DNA from: Sedimentisphaerales bacterium
GTDB taxonomy: Bacteria; Planctomycetota; Phycisphaerae; Sedimentisphaerales; SM23-30
Reading direction: 5' to 3' (one strand)
Assembly: GCA_963666285.1 (NCBI GenBank)
Contig: OY762711.1
Length of the DNA: 64,000 nucleotides
Below the pieces are notes generated by a model. That model made no database searches. It was given only the letters and a program-made list of their open reading frames with translations, and had not been told where the DNA came from. Made by a program: the position numbers and the translations under genes. Shown one piece after another: positions 28,559 through 38,318 of this stretch. Within the stretch, counting starts at the first letter, position 1; the number at the start of each line of letters is the position of its first letter.

Positions 28559-30775
28559 TTACCAGTTTATGCTGATAATTTGCCTGTTGTTGATTTCAGG
28601 TGAGTGGAAGAAAACCGTTTTGCTTTTTTGGTCCCAGTTGTAGTCGCTGAAATCTTTGCCGTCGATCACCATTTTTGTTGGTTTTTTCGGCAGTTTAATT
28701 CTTGAAACGATATTGACACCTTCTGTGCCGGTGAGCTCGAATTCAACGCCGCTGTCGATTTGTTTCCAGGTTTCAATTCTGCCGGCGGAAGCGATAGGCT
28801 CAGCTATGCCGGGGGTGAGCTTGTTGATATCCATGAGCCATGCACGCTGACCGGGTTTGACAGTAACGTGTTCGAGTACGGAAAGGTTGGCGTCAAAAAT
28901 ATCGACAAACAGGCCATCAAGTTCGAGCGGTTCATTAGAGAATGATTCTTCGAGGCAAGCGGCAATTATATATGGACCGCGGTTGAGCCATAGATAGTTG
29001 TGTTCCTGATAGTTGAGTCCGGCAGATTGGGCGGCTTTGCTGATGATGCCGCGATAGTGATCGGCCGCCTGCTGGGAACGGGTATAATAAGCGGGGTGAT
29101 TTCTATCGACGATAACACGACCGCTGCCGTAATTATACTCACCGGAAGCTGCTTTTGGTTCCAGGCCGAGTGACGCAAACAAATGCTGAGCGGGAGTATC
29201 GTATTTATTATCGCCGCTGTTCCACCAGTGTGAGACATAGTTGAACGGGTCGGTATCGGCACCGACATAAACCAGAGTACCGCCCCTGGATACCCAGTCG
29301 GCAACGGCCTGGTTGATAGCTGGTACCTGTGGGTTCATGAACTCGTAGCTAAGGATAAGTACCTTGAAATCGTTGAGGTAGTTAGCGAACCTGATAGTAT
29401 TGTCTAGCTGAACGGGCTGGACAGGTATGCCATGTTTGAGCAGCGGCAGGCTGAGTCCGTAGAAAGCCGAGAAGTTGACAATGTCAGCGTCTTCGGCTTT
29501 GGTAGGGTCGTTCCCTTTGCGTTCAGCGAGTTTGTATGCCGGCTGGGCACGCTGGAACATAGCGGAGTCGGCCATAAGGACGCCTATGCCGCTGGTTTCA
29601 TTTACCCATTTTGAGTCTGGCTGTTCCATGTCCCTGAACTGGTTGAATACTGTACAGAGAATAGTAGCGTAATCGCCAGGAATACGTGTGGCGTCCGGAG
29701 AGTTTTGCGGGTATTTGCCATGCATAACTCGTGACGGCCACGGGCATATTTCATAATGCCAGACTTTCGGGTGCAGGAGTGATGCTATTAGAGTAGCCTT
29801 GTAGTTGTAGCGATAGTCGTTCCAGTCATGGCGAGCGTTATCTTCGATCGGGTCGTTGAGGAACCACATGCGGCGGTTAGTATTGCGAACAAGTTCTTGC
29901 ATAACACCATATTCGAGGAAAGCCGTTTCGAAGGTTCTTTCCGCACGTTTGCCCTCGTAAACATTTTGGGTACGAGATGTACCGGTCCATACCTGTGCAA
30001 TACAGCCGTCAATGACATCTGAATCGATAAGGGAAGATTGAGGAGATACAATACCCCAATGGGTATAGTTTACCAGGCTGTGGGTGGGCACATAGAACCT
30101 TATTTTGCGATTGTATTTCTGCTGGGCGTATTCCTTGCACTCTTCGGCAACTCTTCGCAGAGCACGGCTGTAGAGGTAGTATTTGAGGCGGCTGGCCTTG
30201 TATTGGGCATCGGCGGAGGTGTCTGGTCTGACAAAGGGTTCATCGTAAAAGAGCTGCCATTCACGCTGGAAGGCTTTTGAGAAGCCAGTATAGGCCCAGA
30301 ATTCTGGTTCTTCGAGGTGGATAGCAACTACTCCGGCGTCGATAACGGTTTTGAGTTTTTCGGCCATATAGTCGGCAAACTCAACAGAAGGAACGATATA
30401 GGGAGTGCGATAGCCGTGTCCCTTTTCGGCACCGCTGGCTTCAACTTGTATTAGTGACATAACATCGTTGCCGTTGATGTCGCGGAAATCGGCATAGCGT
30501 CCCCATGCGATACCGGTCATAAGGTGTGGTACATAGTCTTTGTCGATCCATGTCTGGATGTTTTCAGGTGCTTTAGGGTCGTCTGCACCATACACCATTG
30601 CGAAATCATTGCGAAAATCGCATTTAGGGTCAAATGGCCGAGCGTCCTGAAACCCGGTAAGTTCCAGTGATCGGTCGGTGACGAGCCGAACGGAATTATC
30701 AGCTACGGCTTTAGTGGAAGAAATTGAGATTATTAATGCTAAACATGCCAGTAACAATACTTTAAGATTATTCAT
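28559..30775 (-). CDS. Secreted hypothetical protein, possibly a TIM-barrel glycoside hydrolase with a GATase-like middle domain
   Basis: Signal peptide; HLEEPEFW; FKVLILSYE..VADWVSRGGTLVYVG resembles the beta-galactosidase trimerisation domain. Confidence 0.6.
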   Translation of the reverse strand: MNNLKVLLLACLALIISISSTKAVADNSVRLVTDRSLELTGFQDARPFDPKCDFRNDFAMVYGADDPKAPENIQTWIDKDYVPHLMTGIAWGRYADFRDINGNDVMSLIQVEASGAEKGHGYRTPYIVPSVEFADYMAEKLKTVIDAGVVAIHLEEPEFWAYTGFSKAFQREWQLFYDEPFVRPDTSADAQYKASRLKYYLYSRALRRVAEECKEYAQQKYNRKIRFYVPTHSLVNYTHWGIVSPQSSLIDSDVIDGCIAQVWTGTSRTQNVYEGKRAERTFETAFLEYGVMQELVRNTNRRMWFLNDPIEDNARHDWNDYRYNYKATLIASLLHPKVWHYEICPWPSRVMHGKYPQNSPDATRIPGDYATILCTVFNQFRDMEQPDSKWVNETSGIGVLMADSAMFQRAQPAYKLAERKGNDPTKAEDADIVNFSAFYGLSLPLLKHGIPVQPVQLDNTIRFANYLNDFKVLILSYEFMNPQVPAINQAVADWVSRGGTLVYVGADTDPFNYVSHWWNSGDNKYDTPAQHLFASLGLEPKAASGEYNYGSGRVIVDRNHPAYYTRSQQAADHYRGIISKAAQSAGLNYQEHNYLWLNRGPYIIAACLEESFSNEPLELDGLFVDIFDANLSVLEHVTVKPGQRAWLMDINKLTPGIAEPIASAGRIETWKQIDSGVEFELTGTEGVNIVSRIKLPKKPTKMVIDGKDFSDYNWDQKSKTVFFHSPEINNRQIISINW

Positions 30776-31134
30776 TGCATTTCCTTTAACTTTTGATACT
30801 TTTCTAATTTGTTACATCCTGAATTTTGTCAGTAACGCATATGGTACATATATTTAGAGAAAAATCAATAATAAGGAAAATGTGTCTGATAAAAAGTGTC
30901 TCCATTAAGTGAAAAATAAATAGTGAAACAATTTGGATCAGGTTTACAGGTTCCGGTGGGGCAGTGCAGGTTTGCCGCGGAGTGGCCAAGTTATACCAAC
31001 TGGAAAAAAACAAAATTAACGGATGATGAGAAGAAGTATTTTAAGGTATTGTGATGTAAGTTTGTTTTTATAAACAATTTACGTCAGGTAGCCTGTTTTG
31101 TTTTTTGTTCAGAGTTAATTAGTATCGTGGATAG

Positions 31135-31163
31135 TTTACTTTTTCAACATATTTTGTTATAAT
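31135..31163 (+). promoter_or_regulatory. Sigma70 promoter of ribBA
   Basis: TTTACT-N17-TATAAT with TG extension. Confidence 0.55.
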
Positions 31164-31279
31164 ACCGCGTTACCTGTCATTAATAAAAACGCGGCAGGCC
31201 AGATTAGAAAACACAAAACAGCGACATTCCTATAAAGTATTGGGGATATTAGTTTTACAATAGAAAGAGTGAAAGAATA

Positions 31280-32515
31280 ATGGAATTAGCATCCATACCG
31301 GAAATATTAGAAGAGCTTAAATTTGGCAGAATGATCGTGCTGGTTGACGATGAAGATCGTGAAAACGAGGGCGACCTGGTCTGTGCATCTGAGAAGTGTA
31401 CGCCTGAGATAATCAACTTTATGGCCACATATGGCCGCGGTTTGATCTGTGTCTCATTGCCAAGTGATCGTTGTGACATATTGAACCTTCATCCTCAGTC
31501 TGCCAATAATACAGCGCCGCTGGGAACGGCATTTACCGTTTCGGTTGATGCCGCTCATGGCATAACTACGGGCATCAGTGCCGCCGATCGTAACCTTGCA
31601 GTGCATGAGCTGCTGAGGGACGATGCCAGGCCTCATGATTTAGCACGTCCAGGCCATATATTCCCGCTTCGTGCCAAAGATGGCGGTGTTCTGGTCCGAG
31701 CCGGTCAGACCGAGGGCTCTTTGGACCTTGCCAGGCTTGCCGGTCTAAAACCTTCAGGTGTGATCTGTGAGGTAATGAATGATGATGGTACAATGGCGCG
31801 TGTTCCGGATTTGAAGAAATTCTGTGAGAAGCATGGCTTGAAGATGACCAGTGTTGCCAAGCTGGTAGAGTATCGGATGCAGAAAGAAAGCTCGCTGGTA
31901 AAGAGGGTCGAAGAGGTTGAGATGCCAACCGATTGCGGAATGTTCCGTTTGATCGGATATGAGACAATGGTAGACAATCATCTGCACCTGGCATTATGCA
32001 AAGGAGATGTCGGCCTGATGGACGAATCAGGTCGTGTAATCGAACAGAAAGAGACCGTGCCGATACGTGTGCATAGCGAATGTCTGACAGGAGATATATT
32101 CCATTCGATGCGTTGCGATTGCGGTAACCAGCTTCATGAAGCGATGCGATATATAGAGAAGCATGGTAAGGGTGCGGTTATTTACCTAAGGCAGGAGGGT
32201 CGAGGAATCGGCCTGGCAGCGAAATTGAAAGCATATAAGCTACAGCAGCAGGGAATGGATACAGTGCAGGCAAATGAGGCATTGGGCTTTAATGCCGATA
32301 AGCGAGACTATGGTCTGGGAGCGCATATATGCCGTGATCTAGGTATAAGCAAGGTTGTGAATCTAACGAATAACCCGATCAAGACCGAACGTCTTAGAGT
32401 TTATGGTATAACAGTGGAAGAGCAGATACCAATCGAATTTCCGCCGAATGAACATAACTATAGATATATGAAGACTAAAAAAGATTTGATGGGGCACTGC
32501 CTCAGGCATATATAA
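31280..32515 (+). CDS. ribBA: Bifunctional DHBP synthase / GTP cyclohydrolase II
   Basis: DDEDRENEGD, TAFTVS, RPGHIFPL, GQTEGS; RVHSECLTGD..RCDCG, QEGRGIGL, LTNNP. Confidence 0.96.
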   Translation: MELASIPEILEELKFGRMIVLVDDEDRENEGDLVCASEKCTPEIINFMATYGRGLICVSLPSDRCDILNLHPQSANNTAPLGTAFTVSVDAAHGITTGISAADRNLAVHELLRDDARPHDLARPGHIFPLRAKDGGVLVRAGQTEGSLDLARLAGLKPSGVICEVMNDDGTMARVPDLKKFCEKHGLKMTSVAKLVEYRMQKESSLVKRVEEVEMPTDCGMFRLIGYETMVDNHLHLALCKGDVGLMDESGRVIEQKETVPIRVHSECLTGDIFHSMRCDCGNQLHEAMRYIEKHGKGAVIYLRQEGRGIGLAAKLKAYKLQQQGMDTVQANEALGFNADKRDYGLGAHICRDLGISKVVNLTNNPIKTERLRVYGITVEEQIPIEFPPNEHNYRYMKTKKDLMGHCLRHI

Positions 32516-32573
32516 AATCCGTTTGTCCAGGGTAAAAAATGGGCAAATGGTAAAATATTTTGAATATAGCGAT

Positions 32574-32615
32574 ATCAGGTTTCCTAATAGTTTTAAGGGA
32601 ACCTGATTTTTTTTT
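32574..32615 (+). terminator. Intrinsic terminator
   Basis: ATCAGGTTTCCT/AGGGAACCTGAT hairpin followed by a T-run. Confidence 0.78.
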
Positions 32616-32901
32616 GCATTTGGTATGTCCATTTGGCTAAAAATATGATTTATTGGTATTGGTAGCAATATATTCTTGTAAAGTGCGGTTTTAAATATGA
32701 CGATTTAATAGAGGAGGAGTGAAAAGGGCTTAAATTAGTTTGTTGAGGGAAAACAGCTATGGTATTGGATTTATGTGTTTGACGGTATCTATAGTGTAGT
32801 TAGAATGACGAATATATCCATTATAGATAATTAAGAACGCACTTAAATTTGTTAATACATTAAATATTCAGATAATGTGAGATCTAAAAGGAGATGTACT
32901 A

Positions 32902-33519
32902 ATGTCAAGATGTTTTGCTTTGGTTCAGGTGTTTCTAGCCTGTTTGTCTGTTTCTCTGGATGCTGCAATAATCGATTTTGAAGATTTGTATGCAGGCATG
33001 GATAAAGATAGTACAGATATGATGGCGATCCCTGTGGGCTATCAGGGCTTAAACTGGAGTGACAACTTTGGAGTATATCCGGTAGATCAGGTTTCAAATA
33101 TAACTGGTGAAGGTTATGGAAATGGTTTGATAGGCAACGCTGCAGTGTCAACGCAAGGCCCGGAGAGTGGAAACCAGGTAGTCATTTCGTCTGAGTATGA
33201 GTTTGACTTCAATGGAGCGTATATAACATCAGCATTTAAAGAGAATCAGGATGTCTGGGTATTTGGCTATAAGGGTGATGTGCTGCTTTATTATGAGATA
33301 GTATTTGCAACTTATCTTCCAACTTCCAATCCATTCACTTTTGATTTCCAGGGGATTGACAAGTTGGTTATCACGCCCGGTTTTGGCGGAAAAAGCTATC
33401 AATCAGATCTGTTTAATAATCATATTATTATTGACAATATTGACATCTATGTGCCGGAGCCGATGGTGCTGTCTATGCTGTCAATTGGCGGATTCCTCAT
33501 ATTTAGACGGCAGAGGTAA
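32902..33519 (+). CDS. PEP-CTERM sorting domain protein
   Basis: Signal peptide; C-terminal VPEPMVLSMLSIGGFLIFRRQR. Confidence 0.9.
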   Translation: MSRCFALVQVFLACLSVSLDAAIIDFEDLYAGMDKDSTDMMAIPVGYQGLNWSDNFGVYPVDQVSNITGEGYGNGLIGNAAVSTQGPESGNQVVISSEYEFDFNGAYITSAFKENQDVWVFGYKGDVLLYYEIVFATYLPTSNPFTFDFQGIDKLVITPGFGGKSYQSDLFNNHIIIDNIDIYVPEPMVLSMLSIGGFLIFRRQR

Positions 33520-33555
33520 TATCTATAATTCAAAAAAGTATATGAAAAACAATAT

Positions 33556-33586
33556 AACCGGTGGGTAAAACCATCGGTTTTTTTTT
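33556..33586 (+). terminator. Intrinsic terminator
   Basis: AACCGGTGG/CCATCGGTT hairpin followed by a T-run. Confidence 0.8.
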
Positions 33587-33744
33587 GTGAGATTTCAAAG
33601 ACGGAACGCCGGTTTCATATGTGAAATAGAATTTATTTGTGTATCTCCACGTTAAATATTTATTTGTCAAATTTGTGGTAGAGTGCTAAAATAATGCTAT
33701 AGGTTTGGCTATATGAGTGACTATTTTGATGAGGAGATTAAACC

Positions 33745-34992
33745 ATGAAGCGTCTGGTATTTGTGTTAGTACTGTTATTTTCTTTCGTTTCTTTTGCTGA
33801 TGAGTGGCTGGATCCGACGAATGTTCGGGTTTCATCTTATAGCTCAAGTGCAAATTTACCGAGGTATGCGGTAAATGGAGCCGGTTTAGCTACCGGTTTA
33901 GATAATCATAGTATGAGCTGTCCGGAGACGATGTGGAAGACAGCGTTTGCGGCAGGTAATTGGGCCGGCTGGTTTGAGGTAGATTTGGGTGAGGTATGTG
34001 ATCTTAGTACTATGGTGTTATATAATTTTAATGATAAGTCTACCGATATTGACGCGACAGATGTTGGAGTTGGCCCGTTTCAGGTGCTGGTATCTGATAA
34101 TGGCGTGGACTATGTTCCAGTGGATGGAGTCTGGGTAGCAGCAAAATCACCCGGTAAAGATACCGAGGAGCCTATAGTTTACGATACTGGTTGTCCGCCG
34201 CAGGAGTTTCCATTAAATATTACAGCACGTTTTATCAAACTTGATATATTTGATAATCACGGTTACAGGCATACAGTAAATGGGGTGGTAGGTTTGTCCG
34301 AGCTGCGATTTTATGGAACGGCAACCGGTACAGGCAGAAATATTTCACCATCAGAGTTTACCGTAACGGCATCTTCAACGACAAGAGGAGATGTTCAATA
34401 CCTGGTTGATGGTACCGGATTATTGGAGGGGACTTACGGTGGGCATCAATGGCATAATGGTACTGGTGATGGTGAAACAGGTTGGTCCGGTAGTAAAGAT
34501 GTTGACGGTAAGGTAACACTAACGTTTAATTTTAATAATCCAACTAACCTAGCAGCAGTACAGATATGGAATCTGGCAATGTGGTTTGGTGGAGGCGAAG
34601 CGACAAAGGAATTTCGATTACAGGTAAAACAGGTTGGGCAGTCGGATTATGTAGAGGTAGTAAACGGTTCCATAGAGGGCGGTTCAGTAACAGATTATGA
34701 TTATTCCAAGATGTTTGCAATTAACACAACGGATGTAGTATCGGCCAAGTTGGTAGTAGATTCAACCTGGTATGAAGGAGCGGCGACGGCAGCATTATCA
34801 GAAGTACATTTTGTCGAGATGCCGGTGCAGGCTATGCCATATGTTAACCTGGAAGAATTTGAGGTTATAGCCAGATACTGGCAGATGACAGGTTGTGATT
34901 TAACCCAGCCGTGTGTGGAAGCAGACTGGTATTATGACGGTACAATCGATATTCTGGACCTGCAGCAGCTGGCGGTAAACTGGCTGAAGTAA
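33745..34992 (+). CDS. Secreted protein with two discoidin (F5/8 type C)-like domains and a dockerin-like tail
   Basis: WFEVDLG..YNFN..ARFIKL..GLSELRF; second repeat ending ALSEVHF; ADWYYDGTIDILDLQQLAVNWLK. Confidence 0.75.
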   Translation: MKRLVFVLVLLFSFVSFADEWLDPTNVRVSSYSSSANLPRYAVNGAGLATGLDNHSMSCPETMWKTAFAAGNWAGWFEVDLGEVCDLSTMVLYNFNDKSTDIDATDVGVGPFQVLVSDNGVDYVPVDGVWVAAKSPGKDTEEPIVYDTGCPPQEFPLNITARFIKLDIFDNHGYRHTVNGVVGLSELRFYGTATGTGRNISPSEFTVTASSTTRGDVQYLVDGTGLLEGTYGGHQWHNGTGDGETGWSGSKDVDGKVTLTFNFNNPTNLAAVQIWNLAMWFGGGEATKEFRLQVKQVGQSDYVEVVNGSIEGGSVTDYDYSKMFAINTTDVVSAKLVVDSTWYEGAATAALSEVHFVEMPVQAMPYVNLEEFEVIARYWQMTGCDLTQPCVEADWYYDGTIDILDLQQLAVNWLK

Positions 34993-35201
34993 TGGTTCAA
35001 ATTCAGGCAGGCTTTGTTGTCAGGTCATACATCAAGTGAAAACTATGTGCTGCGAGCAGCTATTTTGCTTGTCAGGAATAAAGAATATCGATTCGACTTT
35101 TAACGAAATACCGGATACAATTATGCAGTTCAATGTGTGAATGAAATGTCAGGCAACTTTCAGAGGTTGCGAATATTTTTTGCAGGATTGTATACGCATC
35201 T

Positions 35202-36722
35202 ATGGATAATAAGTTATTAAAGCTTCGGTCGATATTGAAGAATATCTCTGTTTTTGAGTCGTCAGTGGGTTTGTTATATTGGGATCAGGCAACACATATG
35301 CCTTCGGGAGCGGCCAAATCCAGGGCAGAGCAGTTGTCGCTGCTGGAGAATCATATTCATTCTTTGTTTACTTGCGATGAGGTAGGCGAGCTGCTGGAGG
35401 GATTGAAAGATTACCAGAAAACACTGCCGGAAGATAGTGATGATTATTGCCTGCTGCGAAATTTGGGCAGGTTGTACAAGCAGAAGCGGGCAGTACCTTC
35501 AGATTTTGTAAAGAAGTTTTCCAGGCATGTTTCCAGTTCTTATAATGCATGGGTAAAAGCCCGGAAAGAGAATGATTTTTCCGTTATGGTTCCTTACCTG
35601 GAGCAGACCCTGGAATACAGCAGGGAGTGGAGTAGTTTTTTTGATGGATATGGCCATGTAATTGATCCACTTATTGATGTTCATGATGAAGGGATGACGT
35701 TTGAAAGCGTAAGCAAGTTGTTTTCCGATTTGAGAGAAAAGCTCTTACCGCTGGTACATGCCGTATGTGAGCAACCAGAAATAGATAACAGGTGTTTGTA
35801 TCAATATTATCCTGCGAAACAACAGATGGAGTTTTCCAAGCATGTGGTAAAAAGGATGGGTTTTGATTTTAAACGCGGCAGCCTGGATATAAGCCCTCAT
35901 CCGTTTATGGCAAATGTAGCGTGTGGAGATATTCGATTAACGACCAGGGTAGAAGAGAACAGGCTGGATGAATGTCTGTTTAGCACAATTCATGAAGCGG
36001 GCCATGGAATGTATGGCCAGGGCATAAACCGCAAACTGGTATTTACCCCGCTTGATAAAGGGGTATCGAGCGGTGTGCATGAAAGTCAATCGCGGCTATG
36101 GGAAAATATAGTTGCCAGGAGTTTTGACTTCTGGAAATATTTTTATTCTCAGCTCAAGAAAACCTTTTCTGTGCAGCTGGCAGATATTACCCTTGAGGAT
36201 TTTCATCGTTCAATTAATAAGGTGTATAAATCCCTTATCCGGACGGATGCAGATGAGTTGACGTATAACCTGCATGTGATTATCAGGTTTGATCTTGAGG
36301 TAGATCTTTTGGAAGGGCGGTTGGCAGTGAAAGACCTTGCTGATGCCTGGAATGCAAGGTATGAATCTGATCTGGGGGTAGTTCCAAGTAATCATTCAGA
36401 GGGTGTGCTTCAGGATGGTCACTGGTATGACTGGCATATAGGAGGTGCTTTCCAGGGTTATGCTATAGGTAATATAGCCAGTGCCCAGATATACAGGTCG
36501 GCGTTAAAGGCAAATCCTGATATTCCAAACCAGATTTCGCAGGGTAATTTTAAGGTGCTTCACAGCTGGCTGGTTGATAATGTTTATAGTCATGGCAGTA
36601 AGTTTTCCCCAGATAATCTCATAAACAGGGTGACTGGTAGATCGCTGGAGACGGCGGACTATATAAATTACCTTGTGGAAAAGTATAATGTTATATACCC
36701 AGAACTGAAATGGCAGATTTGA
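35202..36722 (+). CDS. Carboxypeptidase, peptidase family M32 (Taq-like)
   Basis: HPF, DIRLTTR, HEAGH zinc motif, HESQS, IRTDADELTY. Confidence 0.94.
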   Translation: MDNKLLKLRSILKNISVFESSVGLLYWDQATHMPSGAAKSRAEQLSLLENHIHSLFTCDEVGELLEGLKDYQKTLPEDSDDYCLLRNLGRLYKQKRAVPSDFVKKFSRHVSSSYNAWVKARKENDFSVMVPYLEQTLEYSREWSSFFDGYGHVIDPLIDVHDEGMTFESVSKLFSDLREKLLPLVHAVCEQPEIDNRCLYQYYPAKQQMEFSKHVVKRMGFDFKRGSLDISPHPFMANVACGDIRLTTRVEENRLDECLFSTIHEAGHGMYGQGINRKLVFTPLDKGVSSGVHESQSRLWENIVARSFDFWKYFYSQLKKTFSVQLADITLEDFHRSINKVYKSLIRTDADELTYNLHVIIRFDLEVDLLEGRLAVKDLADAWNARYESDLGVVPSNHSEGVLQDGHWYDWHIGGAFQGYAIGNIASAQIYRSALKANPDIPNQISQGNFKVLHSWLVDNVYSHGSKFSPDNLINRVTGRSLETADYINYLVEKYNVIYPELKWQI

Positions 36723-36799
36723 AGCCAGGCGGTTTTGAGAAAATATTAAAGGAATAAAACTTTTCATTTATTGGAGTTTTTTCTTGAATGATGTTTGCG

Positions 36800-36821
36800 T
36801 ATTTGGCAAAATAAGCAAATA
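36800..36821. promoter_or_regulatory. Probable ArsR-type operator palindrome
   Basis: TATTTG-N10-CAAATA just upstream of the ArsR gene, overlapping the putative -10. Confidence 0.55.
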
Positions 36822-36849
36822 GTTAAATATTGATAATAATGCATAAAAA

Positions 36850-37164
36850 ATGGATAACGTTATAAACAGCAACAATTTAGATCAGGAAGTGGCAGTATTT
36901 AAGGCACTTGCACATCCTACCCGTTTAAGGATAGTTCAGGAACTTTCTGAGAGCAGCAAGTGTGTGAACGAACTGCATAATTCAGTGGGGAATGATGTGT
37001 CAACAGTATCAAGGCATATATCTGTTCTAAAGAATGCCGGGATTGTAAGCGGAAACAAGATCGGTTTGCAGGTATTTTATTCACTGGATATGGCTTGTGT
37101 AATTAATTTTATTAGCTGTATTGGTGATAAGTGTGTACAAGACGGTGAAGGCTGCTGTGAGTAA
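36850..37164 (+). CDS. ArsR/SmtB family transcriptional regulator
   Basis: FKALAHPTRLRI..CVNEL..STVSRHISVLKNAGIV; Cys-rich tail GCCE. Confidence 0.93.
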   Translation: MDNVINSNNLDQEVAVFKALAHPTRLRIVQELSESSKCVNELHNSVGNDVSTVSRHISVLKNAGIVSGNKIGLQVFYSLDMACVINFISCIGDKCVQDGEGCCE

Positions 37165-37178
37165 CAGGAAGGTTTATA

Positions 37179-37409
37179 ATGAAGATACAGATATTAGGAA
37201 CAGGATGTAAGAAATGTAATAACCTGGCAGATGCGGCCGATGCGGCAGCAAAAGAGCTTGGTATCGATTATGAGCTGGAAAAGGTAACCCAGCTTGCTGA
37301 TATAATGGCAATGGGGGTAATGAATACGCCGGCCCTGGCGATTGATGGAGAAGTGAAGCTGACAGGTAAGGTGCCTTCAGTTGACGAACTCAAAAAGATC
37401 TTAGGTTAA
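37179..37409 (+). CDS. Small redox-active disulfide protein (MTH895-like thioredoxin)
   Basis: MKIQILGTGCKKC..GVMNTPALAIDG. Confidence 0.92.
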   Translation: MKIQILGTGCKKCNNLADAADAAAKELGIDYELEKVTQLADIMAMGVMNTPALAIDGEVKLTGKVPSVDELKKILG

Positions 37410-37420
37410 GGAGTATTATC

Positions 37421-37792
37421 ATGGCTGATTGTTCTGTAAAAAGCGGAGAAAGTGCAAAGCTTATATTTTCATGCAGTGGTGCAGCAGATGTTGGCGAGTT
37501 GTCCGATAAAGTTGCACGCGGACTAACCAAAGATGGCGTAGGTAAGATGTTTTGCCTGGCAGGAGTTGGCGGTCGTGTGCCGGGAATAATGAAGATGACA
37601 GAATCGGCTGGTGATATCCTGGCGATTGACGGCTGCGAACTTCATTGTGTGGCAAAATGCCTGAAAGAGGCCGGCTTTGACAGTTTTAAGCATGCGGTGA
37701 TAACTGATATGGGAATGTCAAAGGGTAGTACTTCGGTTGACCAGGAAAATATTGATAAAGTATCGTTTAAATGTAAAGAGATAATGCAATAA
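37421..37792 (+). CDS. DGC-domain putative zinc-binding protein
   Basis: CSGAADVG..MFCLAG..AIDGCELHC. Confidence 0.88.
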   Translation: MADCSVKSGESAKLIFSCSGAADVGELSDKVARGLTKDGVGKMFCLAGVGGRVPGIMKMTESAGDILAIDGCELHCVAKCLKEAGFDSFKHAVITDMGMSKGSTSVDQENIDKVSFKCKEIMQ

Positions 37793-37797
37793 AGGAA

Positions 37798-38304
37798 ATG
37801 CTAATGAATAATGTATTTTTGAAACTATCGATTATTGTCTGTCTGTTGTTTGCGATAGGATTTGTTGTTGCAAAAAAGAACAGTTCTTCTTGTGGAGATG
37901 AATGTGTTACAGATTCTACAGTAAAAGAGAGTTGCTCTTCTTGTGCCGGTTGTGCGGCAGGCGGCTGTGGGGATAAAAAAGTTAATCTGGACGATATCGA
38001 TCTCCTTTCAGACTTAGCCGAAGAAGGTTTGCCGAAGATGATTGATTTTGGCAAAAATGAGTGTATACCCTGTAAGATGATGGAGCCTGTTCTGGAGAGT
38101 ATGCGAAAGAACTATGCCGGGAAACTGGAGGTAGAGTTTATCAATACCGAACTAGATCCAGCATCGGTAGAGAAATTCAATATAAGAGGCATACCTTGCC
38201 AGGTTTTTCTGGATGAAGCAGGGAATGAGATATTTCGTAATGTAGGTTTCTTGCCAGAAGAAGATATTATGGCAAAATGGAAAGAGTTTGGTTTTGAGTT
38301 TTAG
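37798..38304 (+). CDS. Membrane-anchored thioredoxin-family protein with Cys-rich linker
   Basis: DFGKNECIPCKMM..IPCQVFLD..GF. Confidence 0.88.
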   Translation: MLMNNVFLKLSIIVCLLFAIGFVVAKKNSSSCGDECVTDSTVKESCSSCAGCAAGGCGDKKVNLDDIDLLSDLAEEGLPKMIDFGKNECIPCKMMEPVLESMRKNYAGKLEVEFINTELDPASVEKFNIRGIPCQVFLDEAGNEIFRNVGFLPEEDIMAKWKEFGFEF

Positions 38305-38318
38305 AGAGAATTTGTTTT

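Noticed and set aside
30930..31280. FMN riboswitch upstream of ribBA
   Set aside because: Only a GGATG..GAGAAGA resemblance; the AGGGTGAAATTCCC and CCGACAGT core elements are absent.
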